The position numbers were made by a program, and so were the translations under genes. The notes under the pieces are model-generated. The model made no database searches. It saw nothing but the letters and a program-made list of their open reading frames with translations, and was not told the DNA's origin. Positions 27,101 to 41,279 of a stretch of 64,000 nucleotides of DNA are shown here, one piece after another (position 1 is the stretch's first letter; every line of letters starts with the position of its first letter). The stretch comes from Eledone cirrhosa (taxonomy: Eukaryota), in contig OZ024744.1 in the NCBI GenBank assembly GCA_964016885.1, positions 67,208,001 through 67,272,000 on the forward strand, given 5' to 3'.

Positions 27101-30100
27101 TTAATTGCAGAATCACCATTATTTTCAAACAGTATTCCCTGTTCACCTTCATGTTTTCCAAACATTTTAATATTCTTTGTGGCTTTAATTGCAGAATCAC
27201 CATTATTTTCAAACACTATTCCCTGTTGACCTTCATGTTTTCCTAACATATTAATATTCTTTGTGTCTTTAATTGCAGAATCACCATTATTTTCAAACAC
27301 TATTTCCTGTTGACCTTCATGTTTTGCTAACATTTTAATATTCTTTGTGGCTATATATGCAGAATCCCCATTATTTTCAAAACATATTCCCTGTTGACAT
27401 TCATGTTTTGCTAACATTTCAATATTCTTTGTGGCTTTAATTGCAGAATCAACATTATTTTTAAACAGTATTCCCTGTAGACCTTCATGTTTTGCTAACA
27501 TTTTAATATTCTTTGTGGTCTTAATTGCAGCATCACCATTATTTTCAAACACTATTCCCTGTTGAGCTCCATGTTTTGCTAAAATTTTAATATTCTTTGT
27601 GGCTTTAATTGCAGAATTATCATTATTTTCAAACACTATTCCCTGTTGACCTTCAGGTTTTGCTAACATTTTAATATTATTTGGGGCTTTAATTTTAGAA
27701 TCACCATTATTTTCAAACACAATTCCCTGTTGACCTTCATGTTTGGCTAACATTTTAATATTCTTTGCTGCTTTAATTGCAGAATCACCATTATTTTCAA
27801 ACAGTATTCCCTGTAGACCTTCCTGTTTTGCTAACATTGTAATATTCTTTGTCGCTTTAATTGCAGAATCGCCATTATTTTCAAATAGTATTCCCTATTT
27901 ACCTTCATGTTTTGCAAACATTTTAATATTCTTTGCTGCTTTAATTGCAGAATCACCATTATTTTCAAACAATATTTCCTGTTGACCTTAATGTTTTGCC
28001 AACATTTTAATATTCTTTGCGGCTTAAATTGCAGAATCAACATTATTTTCAAAACACTATTCCCTGTTGTCATTAATATTTTGCTAACATTATAATATTC
28101 TTTGTGGCCTTAATTGCAGAATCACCATTATTTTCAAACACTATTCTCTGTTGAACTCCATGTTTTGCTAACATTTTAATATTATTTGGGGCTTTAATTG
28201 CAGAATCACCATTATTTTCAAACAGTATTCCCTGTTGACCTTCGTGTTTTCCAAACATTTTAATATTCTTTGTGGCTTTAATTGCAGAATCACCATTATT
28301 TTCAAACAGTATTCCCTGTTCACCTTCATGTTTTGCTAACATTTTAATATTCTTTGTGGCTTTAATTGCAGAATCACCATTATTTTCAAACACTATTCCC
28401 TGCTGACCTTCAGGTTTTTCTAACATTTTAATATACTTTGTGGCTTTAATTGCAGAATCATCATTATTTTCAAACACTATTCCCTGTTCACCTTCAGGTT
28501 TTTCTAACATTTTAATATTCTTTGTGGCTATAATATCAGAATCACCAATATTTTCAAACACTATTCCCTGTTGACCTTCATGTTTATCTAACAATTTCAT
28601 ATTCTTTGTATCTTTAATTGCAGAATCACCATTATTTTCAAACACTATTTCCTGTTGACCTTCATGTTTTGCTAACATTTTAATATTCTTTGTGGCTTTA
28701 ATTGCAGAATCATCATTATTTTCAAACACTATTCCCTGTTGACCTTCAGGTTTTTCTAACATTTTAATATTCTTTGTGGCTTTAATTGCAGAATCACCAT
28801 TATTTTCAAAAAATATTCCCTGTTGACCTTCATGTTTTGCTAACATTTTAATATTCTTTGTGGCTTTAATTGCAGAATCACCATTATTTTCAAACACTAT
28901 TCGCTGTTGACCTTCATGTTTTGCTAACATTTTAATATTCTTTGTGGCTTTAATTGCAGCATCACCATTATTTTTAAACAGTATTCCCTGTAGACCTTCA
29001 TGTTTTGCTAACATTTTAATATTATTTGGGGCTTTAATTGCAGAATCACATTATTTTCAAACAGTAATCCCTGTTGACCTTTCTATTTTCCAAACATTTT
29101 AATATTCTTTATGGCTTTAATTGCAGAATCAGCATTATTTTCAAACAGTATTCCCTGTTCACCTTCATGTTTTGCTAACATTTTAATATTCTTTTTGGCT
29201 TTAATTGCAGAATCACCATTATTTTCACATAGATTTACCTATTGACCTTCATATTTTGCAAACATTTTAATAACCTTTCCTGCTTTAATTGCAGAATCAC
29301 CATTATTTTCAAAACACTATTCCCTGTTGTCGTTGATATTTTGTTAACATTTTAATATTCTTTGTGCAATTAATTGCAGAATCACCATTATTTTCAAACA
29401 CTTGCCTGTTGACCTTTAGGTTTTGCTAACATTTTAATATTATTTGGGGCTTTAATTTTAGAATCACCATTATTTTCAAACACTATTCCCTGTTGACCTT
29501 CATGTTTGGCTAACATTTTAATATTCTTTGCTGCTTTAATTGCAGAATCAACATTATTTTCAAACAGTATTCCCTGTAGACCTTCATGTTTTGCTAACAT
29601 TTTAATATTCTTTGTGGCTTTAATTGCAGAATCACAATTATTTTGAAACAGTATTCCCTGTTGACCTTCATGTTTTCCAAACATTTTAATATTCTTTGTG
29701 GCTTTAATTGCAGAATCACCATTATTGTCAAACAGTATTCCCTGTTCACCTTCATGTTTTGCTAACATTTTAATATTCTTTGTGGCTTTAATTGCAGAAT
29801 CACCATTATTTTCAAACACTATTCCCTGTTCACCTTCATGTTTTGCTAACATTTTAATATTCTTTGTGGCTTTAATTGCAGAATCACCATTATTTTCAAA
29901 CACTATTCCCTGCTGACCTTCAGGTTTTTCTAACATTTTAATATACTTTGTGGCTATAATATCAGAATCACCAATATTTTCAAACACTATTCCCTGTTGA
30001 CCTTCATGTTTATCTAACAATTTCATATTCTTTGTATCTTTAATTGCAGAATCACCATTACTTTCAAACACTATTTCCTGTTGACCTTCATGTTTTGCTA

Positions 30101-33100
30101 ACATTTTAATATTCTTTGTGGCTTTAATTGCAGAATCATCATTATTTTCAAACACTATTCCCTGTTGACCTTCAGGTTTTTCTAACATTTTAATATTCTT
30201 TGTGGCTTTAATTGCAGAATCACCATTATTTTCAAAAAATATTCCCTGTTGACCTTCATGTTTTGCTAACATTTTAATATTCTTTGTGGCTTTAATTGCA
30301 GAATCACCATTATTTTCAAACACTATTCGCTGTTGACCTTCATGTTTTGCTAACATTTTAATATTCTTTGTGGCTTTAATTGCAGCATCACCATTATTTT
30401 TAAACAGTATTCCCTGTAGACCTTCATGTTTTGCTAACATTTTAATATTATTTGGGGCTTTAATTGCAGAATCACATTATTTTCAAACAGTAATCCCTGT
30501 TGACCTTTCTATTTTCCAAACATTTTAATATTCTTTATGGCTTTAATTGCAGAATCAGCATTATTTTCAAACAGTATTCCCTGTTCACCTTCATGTTTTG
30601 CTAACATTTTAATATTCTTTTTGGCTTTAATTGCAGAATCACCATTATTTTCACATAGATTTACCTATTGACCTTCATATTTTGCAAACATTTTAATAAC
30701 CTTTCCTGCTTTAATTGCAGAATCACCATTATTTTCAAAACACTATTCCCTGTTGTCGTTGATATTTTGTTAACATTTTAATATTCTTTGTGCAATTAAT
30801 TGCAGAATCACCATTATTTTCAAACACTTGCCTGTTGACCTTTAGGTTTTGCTAACATTTTAATATTATTTGGGGCTTTAATTTTAGAATCACCATTATT
30901 TTCAAACACTATTCCCTGTTGACCTTCATGTTTGGCTAACATTTTAATATTCTTTGCTGCTTTAATTGCAGAATCAACATTATTTTCAAACAGTATTCCC
31001 TGTAGACCTTCATGTTTTGCTAACATTTTAATATTCTTTGTGGCTTTAATTGCAGAATCACAATTATTTTGAAACAGTATTCCCTGTTGACCTTCATGTT
31101 TTGCTAACATTTTAATATTCTTTGTGGCTTTAATTGCAGAATCACCATTATTTTCAAACACTATTTCCTGTTGACCTTCATGTTTTCCTAACATTTTAAT
31201 ATTCTTTGTGGCTTTAATTGCAGAATAACCATTATTTTCAAATCATATTCCCTGTTGACCTTCCTGTCTTGCTAACATTTTATTATTCTTTGTGGCATTA
31301 TTGCAGAATCACCATTATTTTCAAACAATATTTCCTGTTGACCTTAATGTTTTGCCAACATTTTAATATTCTTTGTGGCTTTAATTGCAGAATCACCATT
31401 ATTTTAAAACACTTGCCTGTTGACCTTTAGGTTTTGCTAACATTTTAATATTATTTGGGGCTTTAATTTTAGAATCACCATTATTTTCAAACACCGTTCC
31501 CTGTTGACCTTCATGTTTTCCTAACATTTTAATATTCTTTGCTGCTTTAATTCCAGAATCACCAATATTTTCAAACACTATACCCTGTTGACCATCAGGT
31601 TTTAATAACATTTTAATATTCTTTGTGGCTTTAATTGCAGAATCACCATTATTTTCAAACAGTATTCCCTGTTGACCTTCATGTTTTGCTAACATTTTAA
31701 TATTCTTTGTTGCTTTAATTGCAGAATCACCATTATTTTCAAACACTATTCGCTGTTGACCTTCATGTTTTGCTAACATTTTAATATTATTTGGGGCTTT
31801 AATTGCAGAATCACCATTATTTTCAAACAGTATTCCCTGTTGACCTTCATGTTTTCATAACATCTTAATATTCTTTGTGGCTTTAATTGCAGAATCACCA
31901 TTATTTTCAAATCATATTCCCTGTTGACCTTCATGTTTTGCTAACATTTTATTATTCTTTGTGGCTTTAATTGCAGAATCACCATTATTTTCAAGTAGTA
32001 TTCCCTATTTACCTTCATGTTTTGCAAACATGTTAATATTATTTGGGGCTTTAATTGCAGAATCACCAATATTTTCAAACACTATACCCTGTTGACCTTC
32101 ATGTTTTTATAACATTTTAATATTCTTTGTGGCTATAATTGCAGAATCACCATAATTATCAAACACTATTCCCTGTTGACCTTCATGTTTTGCTAACATT
32201 TTAATATTCTTTGTGGCTTTAATTGGAGAATCACCATTATTTTCAAACACTATTTCCTGTTGACTTTCATGTTTTGCTAACATTTTAATATTATTTGGGG
32301 CGTTAATTGCAGAATCACCATTACTTTCAAACAGTATTCCCTGTTGACCTTCATGTTTTCCAAACATTTTAATATTCTTTGTGGCTTTAATTGCAGAATC
32401 ACCATTATTTTCAAACACTATTCCCTGTTGACCTTCAGGTTTTTCTAACATTTTAATATTCTTTGTGGCTATAATATCAGAATCACCAATATTTTCAAAC
32501 ACTATTCCCTGTTGACCTTCATATTTATCTAACATTTTAATATTTTTTGTGGCTTTAATTGCAGAATCAACATTACTTTCAAACAGTATTCCCTGTAGAC
32601 CTTCATGTTTTGCTAACATTTTAATATTCTTTGTGGCCTTAATTGCCGCATCACCATTATTTTCAAACAGTATTCCTGTTGAGCTCCATGTTTCGCTAAC
32701 ATTTTAATATTCTTTGTGGCTTTAATTGCAGAATCATCATTATTTTTAAACAGTATTCCCTGTAGACCTTCATGTTTTGCTAACATTTTAATATTCTTTG
32801 TGGCCTTAATTGCAGCATCACCATTATTTTCAAACTGTATTCCTGTTGAGCTCCATGTTTTGCTAACATTTTAATATTCTTTGTGGCTTTAATTGCAGAA
32901 TCACCATTATTTTCACATAGTATTCCCTATCGACCTTCATGTTTTGCGAACATTTTAATAAACTTTCCTGCTTTAATTGCAAAATCACCATTATTTTCAA
33001 ACAATATTTCCTGTTGACCTTCATGTTTTGCTAACATTTTAATATTCTTTGTGGCTTCAATTGCAGAATCACCATTATTTTCAAACATCTATTCCCTGTT

Positions 33101-34306
33101 GACCTTCAGGTTTTGCTAACATTTTAATATTCTTTGTCAATTTAATTGCAGAATCACCATTATTTTCAAACACTATTCCCTGTTGACCTTCATGTTTTCA
33201 TAACATTTTAATATTTTTTGTGGCTTTAATTGCAGAATCACCATTATTTTCAAACAGTATTCCCTCTAGAACTTCATGTTTTGCTAACATTTTAATATAC
33301 TTTGTGGCTCTAATTGCAGAATCACCATTATTTTCAAATAGTATTCCCTATTTACCTTCATGTTTTGCAAACATTTTAATATTATTTTGGGCTTTAATTG
33401 CTGAATCACCAATATTTTCAAACACTATACCCTGTTGACCTTCATGTTTTTATAACATTTTAATATTCTTTGTGGCTATAATTGCAGAATCACCATAATT
33501 ATCAAACACTATTCCTGTTGACCTTCATGTTTTGCTAACATTATAATATTCTTTGTGGCTTTAATTGCAGAATCACCATTATTTTCAAACACTATTTCCT
33601 GTTGACCTTCATGTTTTGCTAACATTTTAATATTCTTTCTGGCTTTAATTGCAGAATCAACATTATTTTCAAATCATATTCCCTGTTGACCTTCATGTTT
33701 TGCTAACATTTTAATAATCTTTGTGGCTTTAATTGCAGTATCACCATTATTTTCAAACAGTATTCCCTGTTGATCTCCATGTTTTGCTAACATTTTAATA
33801 TTTTTTGTGGCTTTCATTGCAGAATCACCATAATTTTCAAACATTATTCCTTGTTGACCTTCAGGTTTTGCTAACATTTTAATATGCTTTGTGGGTTTAA
33901 TTGCAGAATCCCCATTATTTTCAAACCATATTCCCTGTTGAACTTCATATTTTGGTAACATTTTAATATTTTTTGTGGCTTTAATTGCAGAATGACCATT
34001 ATTTTCAAACAGTATTCCCTGTTGACATTCAAGTTTTGCTAACATGTTAATATTCTTTGTGGCTTTAATTGCAGAATGACCATTATTTTCAAACAGTATT
34101 CCCTGTTGACATTCAAGTTTTGCTAACATGTTAATATTCTTTAGAGCTTTGATTGCAGAATCACCATTATTTTCAAACAGTATTCTGTGTTGACCTTCAT
34201 GTTTTGTAACATTTTAATATTCTTTTTGGGTCTAATTGCAGAATCACCATTATTTTCAAACAATATTCCCCGTTGACCTTAATGTGTTGCTAACATTTTA
34301 ATATTC
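9123..34306. repeat. 84-bp tandem satellite, right block (~300 monomers) with higher-order duplications
   Basis: Same monomer continues to …taacattttaatattc at 34306; near-identical blocks at offsets 923, 2100, 2263 and 1426 bp. Confidence 0.97.
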
Positions 34307-34317
34307 AAGGGATTATA

Positions 34318-34346
34318 TTTTATCCTTTTTCGGGGTCGATAAAATA
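34318..34346 (+). mobile_element. Short fragment of SINE core
   Basis: tatcctttttcggggtcgataaaata resembles the core of the SINE at 48222-48432 (reverse complement catccttttggggtcgatgaatta). Confidence 0.5.
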
Positions 34347-37300
34347 CCACCACTATCACCAGTATCACCACTACCACCACTATCTAAACAATCACCGCTA
34401 TCACCTCTACCACCACTATCACCACTACCACCCCTATCACCACTAACACAAACTACCACCACTATCACAACTACCACCACTATCCCCACTATCACCACTA
34501 CCACCACAATCACCACTACCATCACTATCACCACTACCACCCCTATCACCACTAACACAAACTACCACCACTATCACAACTACCACCACTATCCCCACTA
34601 TCACCACTACCACCACTACCACCACTACCACCACTATCACCTCTATCACCACTATCACCTCTACCACCAGTACCACCACAACCACTGCTATCACCACTAT
34701 CACCATTACCACCAGTACCTCCACTACCACCAATACCACAACGATCATCACTAACACCACTATCACTGCTACCACCAATACCACCACTATCACCACTACA
34801 ATCACTACCACCACTACCAACACTGCAACCACTACCACCACGACCACCAATACCACCACTACCACCATTACCACCACTGTCACCGCTACTACCACTATCA
34901 CCACTACCACTACCAACACCACAAACATTACTGCCACCACTACCACCAATACCACCACAACCACCAACCACTATCACCACTACTACCACTACCACCACAA
35001 CCACCACTTCCAACTCTAACACCACTATCACCACTACCACCACTAACAATACTACCACCACTACCACCATGAACAACACTACAACCACTGTCAGCACTCC
35101 CAGCACTATCAACACTATCACCACTACCACCACTATCACCATTACTACCACTACCACCACTACCACCACTATCACCACTATCACCAGTACCACCAATTGG
35201 ACAACTACCACCACTACCACCGCTACCACCACTACTACCACTACCACCACTACCACCACTATCACCATTATCACCACTACCACCACTACCACCACTACCA
35301 CCATTATCACCACTATCACCACTACCACCTCCACCACCACTATCGCCACTACCACCACTACCACCACTACCACCACTACCAACACTATCACCACTACCAC
35401 CACTATCACCATTACCACCACTACCATCACTATCACCACAGCCACAACTATCAACACTAACACCACTACCACCACTACCAACACTACCACCACTACCAAC
35501 ACTACCACCACTATCACCACTATCACAACTACCACCACTATCACCATTACCACCACTACCATCACTATCACCACAGCCACAACTATCAACACTAACACCA
35601 TTACCACCACTTTCACCACTACCACCACTTACCACCACTATCACCACTATCACAACTACCACCACTATCACCATTACCACCACTACCATCACTATCACCA
35701 CAGCCACAACTATCAACACTAACACCACTACCACCACTTTCACCACTACCACCACTACCACCACTACCACCACTACCAAGACTACCACCACTATCACCAC
35801 TATCACAACTACCACCACTATCACCATTACCACCACTACCATCACTATCACCACAGCCACAACTATCAACACTAACACCACTACCACCACTTTCACCACT
35901 ACCACCACTACCACCACTACCACCACTACCAACACTACCACCACTATCACCACTATCACAACTACCACCACTATCACCATTACCACCACTACCATCACTA
36001 TCACCACAGCCACAACTATCAACACTAACACCACTACCACCACTTTCACCACTACCACCACTACCACCACTACCACCACTACCAGCACTACCACCACTAT
36101 CACCACAGACACCACTATCACCACTACCACCACTATCACCACAGACACCACTATCACCACTACCACCACTATCACCACTATTAACAATACCACCACTACC
36201 ACCACTATCACCACTACCCCCACTACCACCACTACCACCACTATCACCACTACCCCCACTACCACCACTATCACCACTATCACCTCTACCACCACTAACA
36301 CCACTACCACAACTATCACCACTAACACCACTATCACCACTATCACCACTATCACCACTATCACTGCTACCACTACTACCACCACTATTACCAGTATCAC
36401 CACTATCATCACTACCATCACTACCACCACTACCACCACTACCAGCACTATCAACACTATCACTACTACCACTAATACCACCACTACAACCACTATAACC
36501 ACTACCACCACTATCACCACTGCCACCACTACCACCACTACCACCACTATCAACACTACCTACTACCACCACTATCACCACTATCACTACTATCAACACT
36601 ACCACCACTACAGCACTAACACCACTACCAACACTATCACCACTATCACCACTACCACCACTATCACCACTATCACCACTACCACCACTACCACCACTAT
36701 CACCACTATCACTACTATCAACACTACTACCACTACACCACTATCACCACTACCACCACTATCACCACTATCACCACTACCATCACTATCACCACTACCA
36801 CCAGTACCACCGCTAAACACCACTATCACCACTACCACCACTATCACCACCATAACCACTAACACTACTGCCACCACTACCACCACTATCACCACTATCA
36901 CCACTATCACCACTACCACCATTACCAACATCACCACTATCACCACTACGACTACTATCACCACTACCACCACTATCAACACTACCACCACTATCACCAC
37001 TACCACCACTACCACCACTATCACCACTACCACCACTACCACCACTATCACCACTACCACCACTATCACCACTATCACCATTACCAATATCACCACTACC
37101 ACCACTATCACGACTATCACCACTCCCACCACTATCACCACTAGCACCTCTACCTCCACTACCACCTCTACCACCACTATCACCACTATCATCACTACCA
37201 CCACTACCACCACTACCACCAATCTCACCACTATGACCACTACCACCACTATCACCACTACAACCACTATCACCACTACCAACACTATCACCACTATCAC

Positions 37301-39830
37301 CACTACCATCACTATCACCACTACCACCAGTACCACCGCTAAACACCACTATCACCACTACCACCACTATCACCATTACCAATATCACCACTATCACCAC
37401 TACGACCACTATCACCACTACCACCACTATCACCATTACCACCACTACCACCACTATCACCATTACCAATATCACCACTATCACCACTAACTCCACTATC
37501 ACCACTCTCAACACTACCACCACTACCACCACTATCACCACTACCACCACTATCACCACTATCACCACTATCACCACTATCACCACTACCACCACTACCA
37601 CCACTACCACAACTACCACCACTATCACCAATATCACCACTACTACCACTACCACCACTATCACCACTATCAACACTACCACCACTGTCACCACTACCAC
37701 CACTATCACCACTATTACCACTACCACCATTAACAACACTATCACCATTACCACCACTACCACCACTATCACCACTATCACCACTACAACCACTACCACC
37801 ACTATCACCACTATCACCACTACCACCACTGCAACCACTATCTGCACTACCACCACTACCTCCACTATCACCACAACCACCAATACCACCACTATCAACA
37901 CTACCACCACTACCACCACTCCTACCACTATCAACACTACCACCACTACCACCACTACCACACCTACCACCACTATCACCACTATGATCACTACGACCAC
38001 TATCACCACTACCACCACTACAACCACTATCACCACTACCACCACTATCACCACTATCACCACTACCACCACTATCAACACTATCACCACTACCACCACT
38101 ATCACCACTACCACCACTACCACTACTACCACCACTACCACCACTATCACCACTACCACCACTACCACCACTATCACCACTACCACCACTATCACTACTA
38201 CCACCACTATCAACACTATCACCACTACCACCACTATCACCACTACCACCACTATCACCTCTACCACCACTACCACCACTATCACCACTACCACCGCTAC
38301 CACCACTATGAACACTATCACCACTACCTCCACTACCACCACTATCACCACTACCACCACTTCCACCACTACCACCACTACCACCACTATCACCTCTACC
38401 ACCACTATCACCACTATCAACACTTTCACCACTACCACCACTACCACCACTACCACCACTATCACCACTACCACCACTACCACTACTATCACCACTACCA
38501 CCACTACCACCACTATCACCACTATCACCACTACCACCACTACCACCACTACCACCACTATCAACTCTATCACCACTACCACCACTATCACCACTACCAC
38601 CACTATCACCACTACCACCACTATCACCACTACCACCACTACCAACACTATCACCACTAGCACCACTACCACCACTATCACCACTACCACCACTACCACT
38701 ACTATCAACACTATCAACACTATCACCACTACTACCACTACCACCACTACCACCACTATCACCACTATCACCACTACTACCACTATCACCACTACCACCA
38801 CTACCAACACTATCAACTCTATCACCACTACCACCACTATCACCACTACCACCACTATCACCACTACTACCACTACCACCACTACCACCACTATCACCAC
38901 TACCACCACTGTCACTACTACCACCACTACCACCACTATCAACACTATCACCACTACCACCACTACCACCACTACCACCACTATCACCACTATCACCACT
39001 ACCACCAGTATCACCATTACCACCACTACCACCACTACCACCACTATCACCACTATCACCACTACCACCACTATCACCACTACCACCACTACCACCACCA
39101 TCAACTCTATCACCACTACCACCACTATCACCACTACTACCACTACCACCACTACTACCACTACCACCACTACCACCACTATCACCACTACCACCACTAC
39201 CACCACTATCACCACTACCACCACTACCACCACTACCACCACTACCACCACTATCACCACTACCACCACTACCACCACTACCACCACTACCACCACTATC
39301 ACCACTACCACCACTACCCCCACTACCACCACTATCACCACTACCACCACTACCACCACTACCACCACTACCACCATACCACCACTACCACCACTATCAC
39401 CACTACCACCACTACCCCCACTACCACCACTATCACCACTACCACCACTACCACCACTACCACCACTACCACCACTATCACCACTACCACCACTACCACC
39501 ACTACCACCACTACCACCACTATCACCACTACCACCACTACCACCACTACCACCACTACCACCACTACCACCACTATCACCACTACCACCACTATCACCA
39601 CTACCACCACTAATACCACTATCACCACTACCACCACTACCACCACTACCACCACTATCACCACTACCACCACTATCACCACTACCACCACTACAACCAC
39701 TATTACCACTACCACCACTATCACCACTACCACCACTACCACCACTACCACCACTATCAACACTACCACCACTACCACTACTACCACCACTACCACCACT
39801 ACCACCACTACTACCACTATCAACACTATC
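34345..39830. repeat. Compound trinucleotide/9-mer repeat (ACC/ACT/ATC), ~5.5 kb
   Basis: accactacc/atcaccact reiterations; produces low-complexity poly-T/V/GS/H/P ORFs in several frames; internal 153-bp period at about 35700-36100. Confidence 0.95.
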
Positions 39831-40219
39831 ATTTCCGAAAGGAAAGATGGAAAAGTAAATCAGCGAGAGTGAAATTTGAACTTCGGAATGTAGAAAAGAG
39901 ATAAGAAAATTAAATAGTGTGCTGCGATATCCCGTCTGCCACACCACCTCAACCTCAAACTCTACATCCCCTTTTCATATGATTTTGATATTGACATGAA
40001 AGGTTTCTACCAAAGAAGACAAAGTAGGAAATACCGAAATCCCCAAAACATACAAACAATTAAACAAACAAATAAAGAAAACAAACAAATAAAACAAACA
40101 AGTATAAAAATAATTAAAAAAAACTAAAAAAACTAGGGTAATCACTTCAGACAATGTCAGTTTGGGAATCATCATTGATGTTGATTCTGTTTATAGTCAA
40201 GACAAGAAATAAACACTCG

Positions 40220-40881
40220 TATGCACACCAATACACACACACACACACATATACACACACATATATATATATACATACACATACACACGCACACACACAC
40301 ACACACAAATACACACACACAGACATATATACATGCACATACACACACACACATATCTACAAACACGCATCAACTATAAGAAAATGAAATATACATACTC
40401 ACACACACACATACACACATACCCCCCCCCCCTACACACACATACACACAGATAAATACGTTTGCTCACAGACACATATACACAGAGAAATACGTTCGCT
40501 CAGACACACACAAACACACACAGAAATACACACACACACACACATGCACACGCACTCACACACAGAAACACGCACACACACGCACGCACAAACACACACG
40601 CGTGCATCCACAGATAGATAAGTACGCTCAGAGACAACACACAAACGCACACAGAAACACACACGCACAAGTGCATCCACAGATAGATACGCACGCTCAG
40701 AGACACACAAACGCACGCAGAAACACACACACTCGCACATACACACACACAGGCGCGCGCGCGCACACAGCCGCGTGCATACACAGATAGATACGCATGC
40801 TCAGACACACACACAGACAGCCGCGTGCATTACACAGATAGATACGCACGCTGAAAGACACACAAACGCACACAGAAACAC

Positions 40882-40917
<36 letters not shown>

Positions 40918-40980
40918 GCACATACACACATACACACACACGCACACGCAAACACGCGCGCACACACACGCACACACAGA
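40220..40980. repeat. Degenerate (CA)n compound microsatellite with a ~60-bp recurring unit
   Basis: CA-rich tract; motif cacagatagatacgcacgctcagagacacacaaacgcac recurs several times. Confidence 0.9.
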
Positions 40981-41279
40981 AAAACAAGCTCGCTACCAGA
41001 CACTGAAAAGATCATAAAGATCATAAAGATCATAAAGAATAACAACAGTTGTTATTTCCATTAAACAAATTGCTTGTTGTTATTACCATAACTTGGTTAT
41101 CTTTCAGTTTGCAAAGACTTATTGAATTGAAATGTATGTTGGATATATGTAGTGTACTACTTACACTCTTACATAGTGTAAGTACAGCCACTACACTAGA
41201 TAGAGCAAGTATTACTACTTAGCTACACCAATCACAGATTCTATGTTATTTCTACACTACTGTACAAAATAAAAAAATA

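Noticed and set aside
1-34306. C2H2 zinc-finger array, suggested by the 84-bp / 28-codon period
   Set aside because: None of the six consensus frames has C-x2-C…H-x3-H or a TGEKP linker
1-34306. CRISPR-like array
   Set aside because: No unique spacers; the whole unit is repeated and the context is eukaryotic
34313-39947. Long poly-Val, Gly/Ser and Thr ORFs (up to 1044 aa) as mucin or structural proteins
   Set aside because: The repeat lacks stops in several frames on both strands; no signal peptide, unique domain or exon context seen
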